DNA of 61,934 bases, filler included, from Platydemus manokwari (taxonomy: Eukaryota), in the NCBI GenBank assembly GCA_037951405.1. It is 6 parts of 6 records of this genome, joined end to end, with 100 filler letters (N's around TTAATTAATTAA, not from the genome) between each part and the next. Parts side by side here need not be neighbours in the genome. Positions count along the whole stretch, not along the records: positions 20,660 to 30,895 come from JBBMOY011155326.1; positions 30,996 to 40,851 come from JBBMOY011196543.1; 4 more parts are not named here. One strand, written 5' to 3'. Every line of letters starts with the position of its first letter. Positions within the stretch are counted from its first letter, which is position 1. The translations under genes and the position numbers were made by a program. The notes under the pieces were generated by a model. It made no database searches and was not told where the DNA came from. It saw only the letters and a program-made list of their open reading frames with translations. This document shows, one piece after another, positions 26,963 through 38,833 of the stretch.

Positions 26963-29482
26963 TTAGTCGGATTTGGATTTATTTTCCGGTGATTGCATAC
27001 TAGTCTCGTCTTCTTCACTGTCAACAATTTCACACACTTCTCCTGGTCTCAATAATTTACCAACAATGTAATATTTACCTAAATATTAATAAATTTTGTT
27101 ATACATTTCATTGGTTAAGGTTATCTGTGTAATATTATAATCTCTTCACCAAACGAGACAGAAACATCGACGTCTCTAAGATGGTAGAGCTTAAAATAAT
27201 ATTATAAAATGATAAAATTATATTTATAAATTGAATGATGCATAACATAGAATGATAAACGGTTTGTAAATTAATATCGAGATTGAAGACGATGATTTCG
27301 CTTCAACGAAATCGGAACAAAAATATTTCCTAGATTAATGATTTAATGCCAATTGTTAACAAATCTTAAGATTTTGTTGATTTCACCTTGATTACAATTA
27401 AATACAATAATTATTGTTATTATAAGCCATAAGCCATCGATTTCATCAGTATTATAAAACAAAATAAAATCTCAGCGTAGAAAGTTTTTATAAAGAGGAA
27501 ATGTATTACTGAATTTATTGGATCAAATAATCTAATAAAATATTACAAAAAAATTATTTATTTTAATTATTTTACCATTTAACTTTTAATAAAATAAATT
27601 AGATAAATGTCAATGTTTTTATTTTTATAAATGACTAGATTTATAATTTTATTAAATTCGGTAATCAATCCAATAAGTTCCACGAAAATGACAGAAAATC
27701 AATTGTTGATTTTAGTGTTGATTTCAAAAAATTAATTCAGCTCATACATCATACTGAATGAGGCAAAAAGCAAAAATATTGGTAATCTTAAATAAAAATT
27801 TGAAAATCATCCTTTTCGTTTATATCATATCGTTTATTCACAACTATTTCATTCCAGTTATCTATTCCAATCAAAAAAATATATTACACATCTTTATTAG
27901 AAATTGTATAGATTTTAACATCAAAGTATATTTAAATGATTATTTTAAATATAAAATATATTTATATAAAAATATATAAATAATCAAATTAACTTGTTTG
28001 GATATTTTGATTAAATATACTTCCTATGTTGATCTTTCTCAAATTCATTTTCCATTTGCATTTAATGGCATGGTAACAGCTTACATAGCAACTACATATT
28101 TGAGTTCAATTCTGAGAAGATCAATACAAGAAAAGTATAGAAGGTGATATAGCAGAGATGAAAGATATATATAATTCTATACAGAACAAAAAGAAAAAAA
28201 TAAATAGCAGATTCTATAAAAAATGTGAAGAAAATTAAAGATTTATAAAACAACGAGATATTTTGCGGTTTCAAGCTTTGAGCTTTATGAAGTAGTAGCA
28301 GACAGCATAAATAATTACACAGTTTCACATAAACCAATCCAAAATTAATCAATAACTCATTAAATTGAATGAAAAACTAAAGACAACCAATAAGATTCTT
28401 TGATTCACGTATTACTAGCATTATTTTTCAATTAGATCTATCAATCTATAATCAATCATATTTTATAAATTAAACAACCTTTTCTTCAACCAATAAAAAT
28501 TAACCACATTTGTGAAAGTGATATTAAAATTTTCTATGAATGAAATTTTAAAATTTTATAGTGATCTTTGGCAAATACAAATATTTAAATCGAACCTCAC
28601 TGAATTTGTCCAAATCTAGGACATGAATGAATATTTAAATCAAATTAAACGAAAATTAATTCATAAATTGACATAAATTAGTGCTGGTTTCAATAAAAAT
28701 CAATGAGATTTCATTTAAATATCATATTGGTTAATTCTGTAAATATACCCACAAAATGAATATCCCTAGAAAAATTTTTGCGTTTTATTTATAAATAAAT
28801 TTAAATAGTTTGAAAAATTTATTTTATAAACTTTCTGAAACTATTTTGAAGCACTTATTCGAATGTTGTAATTAATATTAAAATAATTTACTTTAATCAT
28901 TTTTCCAATTAAATATTAAAAATTAATATAACAATTATAATTATCGATGAAATGTGTAAAATTACTTTCCAATTGCATTTCCCATTCATTAATTTGATCC
29001 ATTTCACTTGGAGTCAAATCTGAAATATCATCATAATCATCTTTAATAGATGTGCTATCTAAATTAAACGTTGCTAATGCCCTTGTTGCATCTCTGCCAG
29101 CAAGACATCCATACGGGCCATCTGTTTGTAAAAGTTTATTTAAATATATTTCCTAACAATCATTACTTGGTCCATAATAATTCGAACCATTAGTAACATC
29201 ATATAATTTTCCATTCAGAGCTATCAAAATAGTTTCATTTTTCACACCATCGAATTCTCGTAATTGTTCAAGAGTTAAATTTCGTTTAACAATAACTCGC
29301 TTTTTTATTTCAGGTAATATTTCTTCTTTGGTCACACGTAATTTGTAGATTTTGAACAATAAATAGAAACAAATAGCTAATAAGCACGCATTCACTGGGC
29401 TTGAAATTAAGTCGTAAGCAAGAGTGAATGCATAATCAAATAAGCTTGAGGTATTTCCTGCATCTTGCAATTTTTCACTCAT
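26963..29482 (-). CDS. PGRMC1: Membrane-associated progesterone receptor component (cytochrome b5-like heme/steroid-binding protein), 3 exons: 29482-29167, 29121-28966, 27078-26963 (195 aa)
   Basis: TM segment followed by [79 protein letters not shown]. Canonical splice sites, both introns phase 1. PGRMC1 versus PGRMC2 cannot be distinguished in an invertebrate. Confidence 0.93.
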
Positions 29483-30317
29483 TGAAATATAAAATTTAAT
29501 AAATGTAATATATATAAACAATGTTGGTATTAGGATAAAATTAATAAACTAGAATAATTTTTAATATAACTTTACTTTGAATACAATTATTTTAAATCAT
29601 AATGTAATAAAATTTTATCAACAAAATATTAGGATTAAATTATAAAAATATGAAATATACTAAGAACAAATACACTTTCAAAAAAGTTATATTAATGACC
29701 TTAGACCAAAAAAGAAATAATTAATTGCAAATCACAAATTAGTTTCAAAATTATAAACCTAAAAAATGGATTCGTTGTGGTTGCGAATCATCATCTAGAT
29801 CTATAGAATTATTAATACAAACATCCTATTTGTTATTAATTGGGTGTTTGAAGGCTATCTCCAATAACAAAAACATAATGACATAATTATTGCATTATCA
29901 AGCTAGAATTTGTTACTTTAAATATTGGTGTTTTTTGGTTTACCCGATTGACTGTTATATGGGTACTATTTGGTGAGTTTTATAAGTATCTGGTTATATG
30001 ATGAATCAGAATGGCTTAAATATAATAGATATTTTAATATCACATAAATATTGTTTAAGTCATTTATTCGACTGTTATTTCTATTGGTTTTTCGAAGAGA
30101 ATTTATGCTTACAGTAGTTCAGTTAGATTTCATTATCACAAATATATATTGAAAAATAGCCCTGTAACCGAGCAAAGATGGGAATGCTTTTAAATAAGTA
30201 ACTAGAAAGAAAATGCAGTAAAAAATGATAATGGAAATGATACACACAAATAATGCATGAAAAAGAACTTGTATGAAAAAAAGTACTTCACGAGAACCAC
30301 ACATAAGCAAAATACAT

Positions 30318-30331
30318 GTTTCCTTGACAAC
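30318..30331. promoter_or_regulatory. X-box-like palindrome GTTTCCTTGACAAC
   Basis: Near-consensus RFX site about 840 bp upstream of the PGRMC start codon. Confidence 0.25.
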
Positions 30332-30774
30332 GTACTAAGATAAACTAGCGAACTAGTAGCATATTAAAGTAAACCATAGAAAAGAACTAAAATGAAAATA
30401 GGAAAGTAAATAAACATTTTAAAACATATATTGATTTAACAATGTCTTTGAATTATTATATTTAATTTTATTATGCACTCAAATTACGCTCTGTTAACAT
30501 TGATAGAGTTCATTAATTTCTCAATCCTAGTATCATTTATATCAGATTACAATACCAAACTTCTATCTATCCGCTGAGATATATATATATATATACATAA
30601 ATTGAATGGTACGGGTGCATTTGGGATTATAAATAGTGTCTCTTAGGCGCAAACTAGGGAGCGCGCCCCTTAAGAGAGGCGCAAAATATTATATTGGGGG
30701 TGTCTAAAATTTTTAGTTCTAAAATAAAATTTAGTTGTAATAATTTCGGGTTTGTTGAAATTAATTTATTGTAT

Positions 30775-30895
30775 AATTAAACTCTTCATTTCATTGCTCT
30801 TGCTTTAATAATATTAAAATTCGGCCTGGCGTTATCATGTAGTAAAATTACTTTATCATGTCTGTCAGCCCATTCTGACCTTTTCTCTTTCAGAA
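30775..30895 (-). mobile_element. mariner (DD34D) transposase fragment
   Basis: LKEKRSEWADRHDKVILLHDNARP matches the mariner HDNARPH catalytic motif; cut by the linker. Confidence 0.85.
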
Positions 30896-30995
30896 NNNNN
30901 NNNNNNNNNNNNNNNNNNNNNNNNNNNNNNNNNNNNNNNTTAATTAATTAANNNNNNNNNNNNNNNNNNNNNNNNNNNNNNNNNNNNNNNNNNNN
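30896..30995. other. Artificial assembly linker
   Basis: N44-TTAATTAATTAA-N44. Confidence 0.97.
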
Positions 30996-31032
<37 letters not shown>

Positions 31033-31066
31033 CATCATCATCATCATTATTATTATTACTATTATT
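30996..31066. repeat. (ATT)n/(ATC)n microsatellite
   Basis: Direct reading. Confidence 0.9.
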
Positions 31067-34000
31067 CCCTTGTAATTATTATAATTATTATTATGATTTT
31101 TTAATCTAAAAGCAAAGATTAATACTTTAAACTTTCATTTAATCAACTGGAACTGTTTTTGGATGTGGTCGAGCTGGCTGAATCGATACAATTTTTCCAA
31201 ATCCCCAGTAAACTTAATTCTTAAATTTAGTTTTCTTTGAGAAGTTTTTAAGATCGAGAAATTTTAATTTTTCCAGTCTATTTATATTATTTGAGAAGTG
31301 AAAATTCTACATAAGAAATTTAAAATATTTTTATTTTACCATTTTGGTTTAAAAATTATTTTTGTTTTTCATCAAAAATTCATTCTATTTATTTTATGAT
31401 TTTTAGAAAATTCACTTTTTATTTTAATGAATATTTCGTGATCAATTTATTATCCCTTGGAGTCATATTTAAAAGTTAATGAATATTTTGTAGAACAAAC
31501 CAGGTATACCCAACGTTATTATTAACAAAGTAAATGCGAAGTGTTATTCACGTTTCATAGGAAAACGGTTGTTGTACAAAATTTTATCTTGTAATGTGTA
31601 TTCTCAAATTATTGACGTTCGTTGATTATACATTATACTTTAGATATTTCTTATTTAATACGTTAATGGTTAATGTAGCAATGATCAGGAAAATTTGCAA
31701 ATAGAATAATTGTTATCAGTATATTAAAGCTCCTTACATGATAAATAGTTAAAATATTCATTTTACGTTGTATATGGTTAATCTCTTTAATTACATTAAC
31801 GCTTTTTCATCTTGACCACTTCAATTCTTGTGATATCCTATCAGTACTTCAAAGTGCGGTATTTTGGAGTTTTTGGTCATTTGACTTAATTTTATACAAT
31901 GAGCTGGGTTTCACTTTTATCTAGATTTTTTCAATATAATCGCCTAAAGTGACCCAATAGAATATCCTTAATTTGATTGGCATTTCTTATAGCGAGAAAT
32001 AATTCCCATTGTTTATTTCGATTTGTCTATTATTTATTTATTGGGGCTTTATTGAGACTATATTTATTAAACTGAAGTGGTCACTGGTTTTTTTTATCCA
32101 ATGGAAATTTCTGTAAATAATATGATGGCTATCATAATGCTTCTGTTATCAAAAATAATTTATCACAAAGTCGGAATTTTAAATCTGTCACTATAATTAT
32201 ATGTATCTTTTTTCTATATTCCTTTAATAATAACATCAATTGTCAAAGGCGTCTATTATATTTAAAATAATAATTTCAGATGAGTTCGAATAACCAATTT
32301 TACTGAAAAATCATCCATTATCAATATATACAATAAAATATTGATTACAGGAAAATTTTATCGTTACAATAAAATTTGAAAGCAAGCTAATAGTTATATT
32401 GGGGTTCCGGAAAAATAACATTTAACATTTTTGAATGCAATTGATTTGATGTATAAAAGTAGCATTTTTTATCGATTTATTGTAAAATATAAACTCTGAT
32501 GTGCAATTCTTATCTTTTTGTTTCTATAATTAATCGAAGCAGAATTTTAAATGAATTCTAATTCTTAAAAATAGTTTGATATTTTTGGTCATTAATAATA
32601 ATGTTAATAGTAACAACAATTCAATCGAAATTGTAAATAGTTAAAAATCTGATAAAATCTTTTATCATAATTAAATGTGATAATAATTTAGTTTAATTTA
32701 GGATAATTTAGGATAAAATTTTTAGTTAATTTCGAATAAAACTGGTAAAATAGAATTAATTAAATTGAAAATAAGTTAATAATTTTCATTTTAAACTTAG
32801 TGACTAATAATTATCAATTTTTAAACCCCTATTTTTCCCGAAATTACCCGTATATAAAAATAATCGTTAACAATAAAACCCGCATGGCAACCAAGTCAGA
32901 GAAATAATCCAATTGAATTGTGAAAACTCGTCACAATTAAATTGAAAAGTAGACCCGCTTATTTTATTCAATCCGAATAAATTCCCATTGTTCGTGAAAA
33001 CATATTTAAGGCAGTAGAACATCATATGCCTTTGCCCTTCTTGAAGAAACTCCTAGGATAGTGCGTTGTGTAAACCGAAAATCGAAGATAATTTTGCCGT
33101 CGAAGACTCCAATTTCTCTGAAGCCGTACGATCGAGTTTATGCCATATAGTAATATTGGAAGAGTCTGTCCTATAAGTTAAGATCACGTAAGAATAATTC
33201 CTGTAAAATACATATTGCCTCTATATATCTCGTATATTCTTCCTATTTATCTAGCCGAGCTCGGGAAAATCTCTGAAGAAAAGAACACTGACCCAATAGC
33301 ACGAAGGGTAACTGTTGGTCTAACATCTGCGTCCATTGAATTGCACATCCATTTTAATCCAGTGGGTAAGTGTATAAAAGTAGTTGTATAAAATCATTGT
33401 ATATCGTAGAAATTTATATTCATTGTTAATAATTTTATACAGTACAATAACAATAAACATTCATAACCCAAATATCGAGTTGATTTTTTGAATTGCCAGT
33501 TGGCTTAAGGTATCAACAATTCACAATATATATACATCATTATCATTCATCACCGATTTTGGAAATAATTTTGACAAATAAATTAATAAGAGAGACTGAT
33601 AATAAGACTGAGGAGAAAACAATAAAGGCAAGAGACTGTAAAAATATAATAATATCGATATCTACGCCGATCCACTTATCATCATATAAGTTGCGATCGT
33701 CGAGGCGAAAGAACATCAATTCATTTAAGGTCGAAATACTACCTGAAACGGACTCAGGGTACTGATAAGACGTAGTTATCGATCAATCAAAAAGAATAAT
33801 AATAAAGAATAAAAGAGAGTGACCCAAAAACGTATCAGTTACTTAAATATCTGATGTAAGAATTTTGAAACGAATTAAATTTTTTAAATATTTAATTCAG
33901 ATTTTGTATAAAATAATATTAATATTTTTAAATAATTGTAGCTAAATATAATTTTGTAATGTGGACTTCCGATTTGTTTTCAATTCATGTTTTATGGCGA

Positions 34001-36629
34001 CCACGCATCTGGATTTGATTCTAAAAACATCTTTGACTGAAATGTATAGAAGAGAAGTAGAAAGATATAGAAAATATATTGAGAATGTGTACAGAAAATA
34101 TAGAGAAGATACCTGTATGATATAAAGAAGAACATAGAAGATATAGAAAAGATATAAGGTAGTTATAAGAAATATAGGTATTAATATGGATACTTATTCA
34201 GATCATTCGATAGATAGATAAGTGTAATCATAAAGAAAGTAAAGGAACTTGAAAAAGGTAAGGATTTATTAAATAGTAAATGTAATGGAGAGCTTGAATC
34301 ACTACGGAAATGGAGGATTGATAAATAATAATATAAATTGTTGCAATTTATTAATCTGTTGGGAGTTGCTGGTGAATTTAAAATCACATAATAATCAAGA
34401 TGAAAACTAACAGATAACGATTACGAATATATATATATGCTTTCTTCAGGAAAATGCATTCACTCCATCCCTATTTTAAATACATGAGATTTTAGATTTA
34501 CACAACTCGAAACATGATATTTAGTCATGCTTATAACCTCGGAACGGCTATCTTGGCGTGATATTTGATGGTTATTGTTATTATTTTAATCTATTTCATT
34601 AACTCTGCATTAAAAAATTGTAAAAACTTAATAATTAATTCACCACAATATAATCATTTTTTATATTCATTTTTGATAGCTCATCGCTACCAGATCCATT
34701 AACAACACAAAAAACAATTTTTCATTCTTGGCATGCGCAGATGACATTCCAGAAAGAAAATCCTATTGAAATATATAAAATCCTTGAAAATAATTATTTC
34801 TAAATTTACACGTTAAAATAAATAAATATTCATTACTATTAACATCTGTGATTACCTATTAAAATAACCATGATCAATAAATTATATCAAAAAAAATTTG
34901 TCTCATAGATGCGCGGATTTAATGACAGAGAATTAAGACACAATTACTAGCAGTAATGATCAAGTGCTTCCTTAATTTCATACATTAAACGAGAAGATTG
35001 TTCTTCATCGATGATCCAGAATCTCTTTACGCCCAGTTTCATAATTCGAAAACCGAGTCACGTAAGCTTTAATAACACCCTAAAATCATATTCTAAAATC
35101 TATAATATTTCTACTTACCTCAATCTTAAAATGGCTTTGCCCTTATATTACGAAAGGGTTCTATAAACCATGATCTTATTTGAAATAGATAAGATTAAAA
35201 TCAACTGTTATCTCAAGTTGCATAATTGTGTGGATTTTTGTATTTGTTTTTTGTACAATTTTTGAGATTACTGTTTAATATATTTTTGATAATAGCGTGA
35301 GATGAAAAGAATTACAATATGGTATATTACACCTGGAGCCTTAATAAGAACTCCTTGAGATTGATTAAAACGACAGAATCAATAGTGTTAAAGAATAATA
35401 GCAAACGACATAAGTCCGAACGTAGCATTAATGTGTCCTATTTTTGATAATCTACTGATATTTAAAATTGAGGTTTTATTACTTGAATTTTGATTTTATT
35501 TAGATGTATTTCTAATTGGAGTCGTTTCTACCATAAAGTGTTTTTGTCAATTTTGGGTTACCTTGACGATAATTTTTTTGATTTTGCTCCTTGGAAACCT
35601 TGCTTTCGCAATTTAAGCATATACATGCTTACACAACCATACAGACATAGTAAACCTGTCAATCAAAGAAGATTTAGAAGATTTTAATTCGAAAAATTGA
35701 CATAACTACACAACTACTCACATGATGATGAATTTTACCAAATAGACGTCATGAATTCTACAGGCAATTTACCAGTTAAAGAAAAAACAATTGATAAATA
35801 AAATATTTATTATTAATGGACAAATTTTAACGATTTAATCCAAAATTTCAGTACACTTAATTTCCGGGCTGTAGTTACAGCAATTCCCAGAAGCTTTATG
35901 ATCTGTAAACCCGTTCGTAACTATTGGGGAAATATCTTTCACAAGTAGTTTAACTGTACAGATGGTTGAGAACATGCGTTTTTAAATTATTAATTATGTA
36001 ATGTGTATCCTGGAGATTTTTCTTTGCCTAAAATATTCAGATTACTTAAATTCTCTTCCACTTCAGCAATTGCCATAGACGAATTCCCTATTTTTACCAC
36101 AAAATGATGCTCCTCTCTTCTAGAAGGTAATTGTGATATTATTGTGTACTTCGTGTAATTATTAGCAATTATCATGTCGTTATTGTATTTGTAACTGTGT
36201 CATTAAAACGTGCATGCCATAAATGTGACTACTGTATTACATAGACATCAATGAGGCACTCGTAGAAATTCTCTGATTATTTATTTAATGCAGTGCATGC
36301 ATGTTTTACACGTGTGAATTAGTGATTGGGCAAATATATTAAAACCACAAGCGATTTTGAAACCAACTGTCCATTTTTAGTCTTTCTTATTTTTAATCGA
36401 TATTCAAACACATGAAAAATGATAACCCAACACAATGAACCTCATCAAACACTTAGTAAAACAAAAACCAAGGCTAAATAACAATTTAATAATAATATTA
36501 AATATTGACACAAGTATCAAATAGATAAACATAACTTCCAAATATTGGTTTGTGTAAGAAAAACAAGGGAAAAATAGCACAAAAAATGTTTACATTCGAC
36601 ATATATTCATTAACAAAAATAATTCTTCC

Positions 36630-38502
36630 TCAGTTCAACATTTCCAATTGTTCGTTGAGCTCAGTGTACAATCTCTGCATACGTAAATTTAAAGCAAATA
36701 GAGGTAGAATCTCTTTAAGTAGGACACGCTTGGAATAACGCTAAAAAACAAATCATCCATATTAACACGGTTGAAATTTAATATATAATGCGGAAATACA
36801 CAACAAATTGAACTCGTAAAATTTTTGAAAATATTATTTTTCGATGAAAAAAATCAATAAATCAATAAAAATGAGACTAATAAGATAATTATTAATGGTT
36901 TGAAAAAAATCGATAAATTTAAGGTAAAAATGTTTGTATAATTCAATCACAACAAAACTCTGTAAAATTTTCCAAAATTATTTTTAAATTTTTAAAGATT
37001 TTTTTAAAAAATCTAAGCTGATAATTTAGACAAATCTTCTGATTGTTATTATCGATTAATTATCATTTATGAATTATCATTATCACTGAAACAATTTTGG
37101 TAATTATGTGCTGATAAAACTATTGATAAAATACCAACAAGAAGTCGTTACTATTCATCCAATATCGGATGGGTCTACTCTTCACTCAAACTAATTCCGC
37201 TTTCCGGTCTGACTACATTTTGGTCATTATCACCACATCCATGATAATTATTACTTTATTAATTATTAACAATGATTATAATCATTATTGCTTTTATCAT
37301 TCCCAAATTAGTTATTCTTTTAAATACATTATAATAACGATATAATTTATTATTTCATTAATTATTGTTACCGTTGCTATGGATATTGTTATAGTTATGA
37401 TATTTGTCCTTATTAATTATTATTATCATTTTGTTGTTTCTCTCTAGATTTAACCATTATTTAAATAAATTTCGACATCGATTCATAACCAATAGGATCA
37501 GTTTACTATAAAAATCAATAATCATAATAATAAATTATTATTAATATTAATTTTATTATTATTCTAGTTGTTGAGACATGTGCTAATATGAGATCAAAAT
37601 GCAATCACAACAAGTCCAAATGGTCCAATGAAATGTGATTTAAATATCAACATGATTCTTATTGGTTATATTCCATCTAATTATTGATTTTACTTATCAA
37701 ATCAAAAATATTTTAAAATATTTGTCGGCCCAATATCGAAATGAAACAATTCACCAATACATGCCATCTCCTTTTCAATAAAACACTGAGCACCTTTCGA
37801 GAATGATTTCATATATTTTATAGGCTTGCCAAAAAATTAAAATAATTATTATGTAATATATTATAATTTTTATTTTAAAAAAATAAGAGAAAATAATAAT
37901 AAATAATAAAAATATCTCACCAAAATAAAAGGTTCCCAATTTGTTTTCGTGGATGTGTGGACTGGACCGAGGAAATTCTGACAAATATCTCGGACGCGGG
38001 TTTCTTTATCTAGAAAATAAATCACCATAGCATTAAATCACTGAAATCATAAAATTGATTATTGATATTACCTGCTTCAATGAGATGTCTCATCCATAAT
38101 AATAGCCAATATTTATATTCTTCAGGTGAATTGAGACTTTCTGCGAGTTTAACTTGGATTTCCAACCGATCCAGAATCAATTCCATTTTTGCAGAAGCAC
38201 TTAATCCTTTATTTGTGGTACTTAAAATATAACGATAACAGAATCTCCGTAAAAATATCATCAGCCTCACTCGTCATTAATAGAATCACTGGTTTGCATC
38301 AAAGCTAATGGTTTACACATCATTGTTTTGCACGACAATTTCGATACCGACCAAAAATCTGATTTATTAGAATTGTTGAATACTTCTTGCCAAATGGAAA
38401 ATTGCTTATTATAATAAAACGAAGATCCACTCTCGAAAGTAAGACTGATATTTCCTTCATTGGAAATCGATATATTTTTTACAAGGGTTTTATCTCCATC
38501 AT
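36630..38502 (-). CDS. HIRA: Histone chaperone HIRA, C-terminal exons: 38502-38271, 38220-38072, 38009-37921, 36740-36630
   Basis: LDRLEIQVKLAESLNSPEEYKYWLLLWMRHLIEA.KETRVRDICQNFLGPVH..WEPFIL.YSKRVLLKEILPLFALNLRMQRLYTELNEQL matches the HIRA C-terminus (LENQVAAALTLQSSHEYRHWLL..RLREICKDLLGPVH..RKRELLKELLPVIGQNLRFQRLFTE). All junctions are GT-AG and in frame; stop TGA at 36632-36630. Confidence 0.9.
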
Positions 38503-38720
38503 CTGTCATTGAAAGGATTACAATTATTATAGCGATCAACAATAATATCAAATGATAAAATATTTAAAAATAAAAATTATATCCAGCAAATAATGAAAAT
38601 AAAAAATATTGCGATTATAATAAATTTATAAATATTTTCAAAATTAAACGTAACATTAACATGTAGCAAAATATGTCGTTTTGATGAATAAATACAAAAT
38701 CCTTGTGATATTATTATCAC

Positions 38721-38740
38721 GTTTCTAAGCAACGATTGGA
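38721..38740. promoter_or_regulatory. X-box-like site next to a CCAAT box, between the mib stop codon and the HIRA exon
   Basis: GTTTCTAAGCAAC followed by GATTGG (CCAATC on the minus strand). Confidence 0.3.
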
Positions 38741-38833
38741 TAGAAAATCTAAATAAATAAAATCAAATAAGAAATAATGACAATCTATTTTAGAAAAATG
38801 AAAATATTAGTAAAATGGAAAATAATATCTTGG

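Noticed and set aside
29483-29521. ORF-track start for PGRMC
   Set aside because: Non-ATG start; the ATG at 29482 gives the typical 195-aa length.
35400-36200. Possible MULE/SWIM transposase debris (WLCKHVYA)
   Set aside because: Only a single short motif.
38480-38502. HIRA fragment started by a trans-spliced leader AUG (operon with mib)
   Set aside because: A leader-supplied AUG joined at this acceptor would read ATG ATG GAG ATA AAA CCC TTG TAA, which is out of the HIRA frame.
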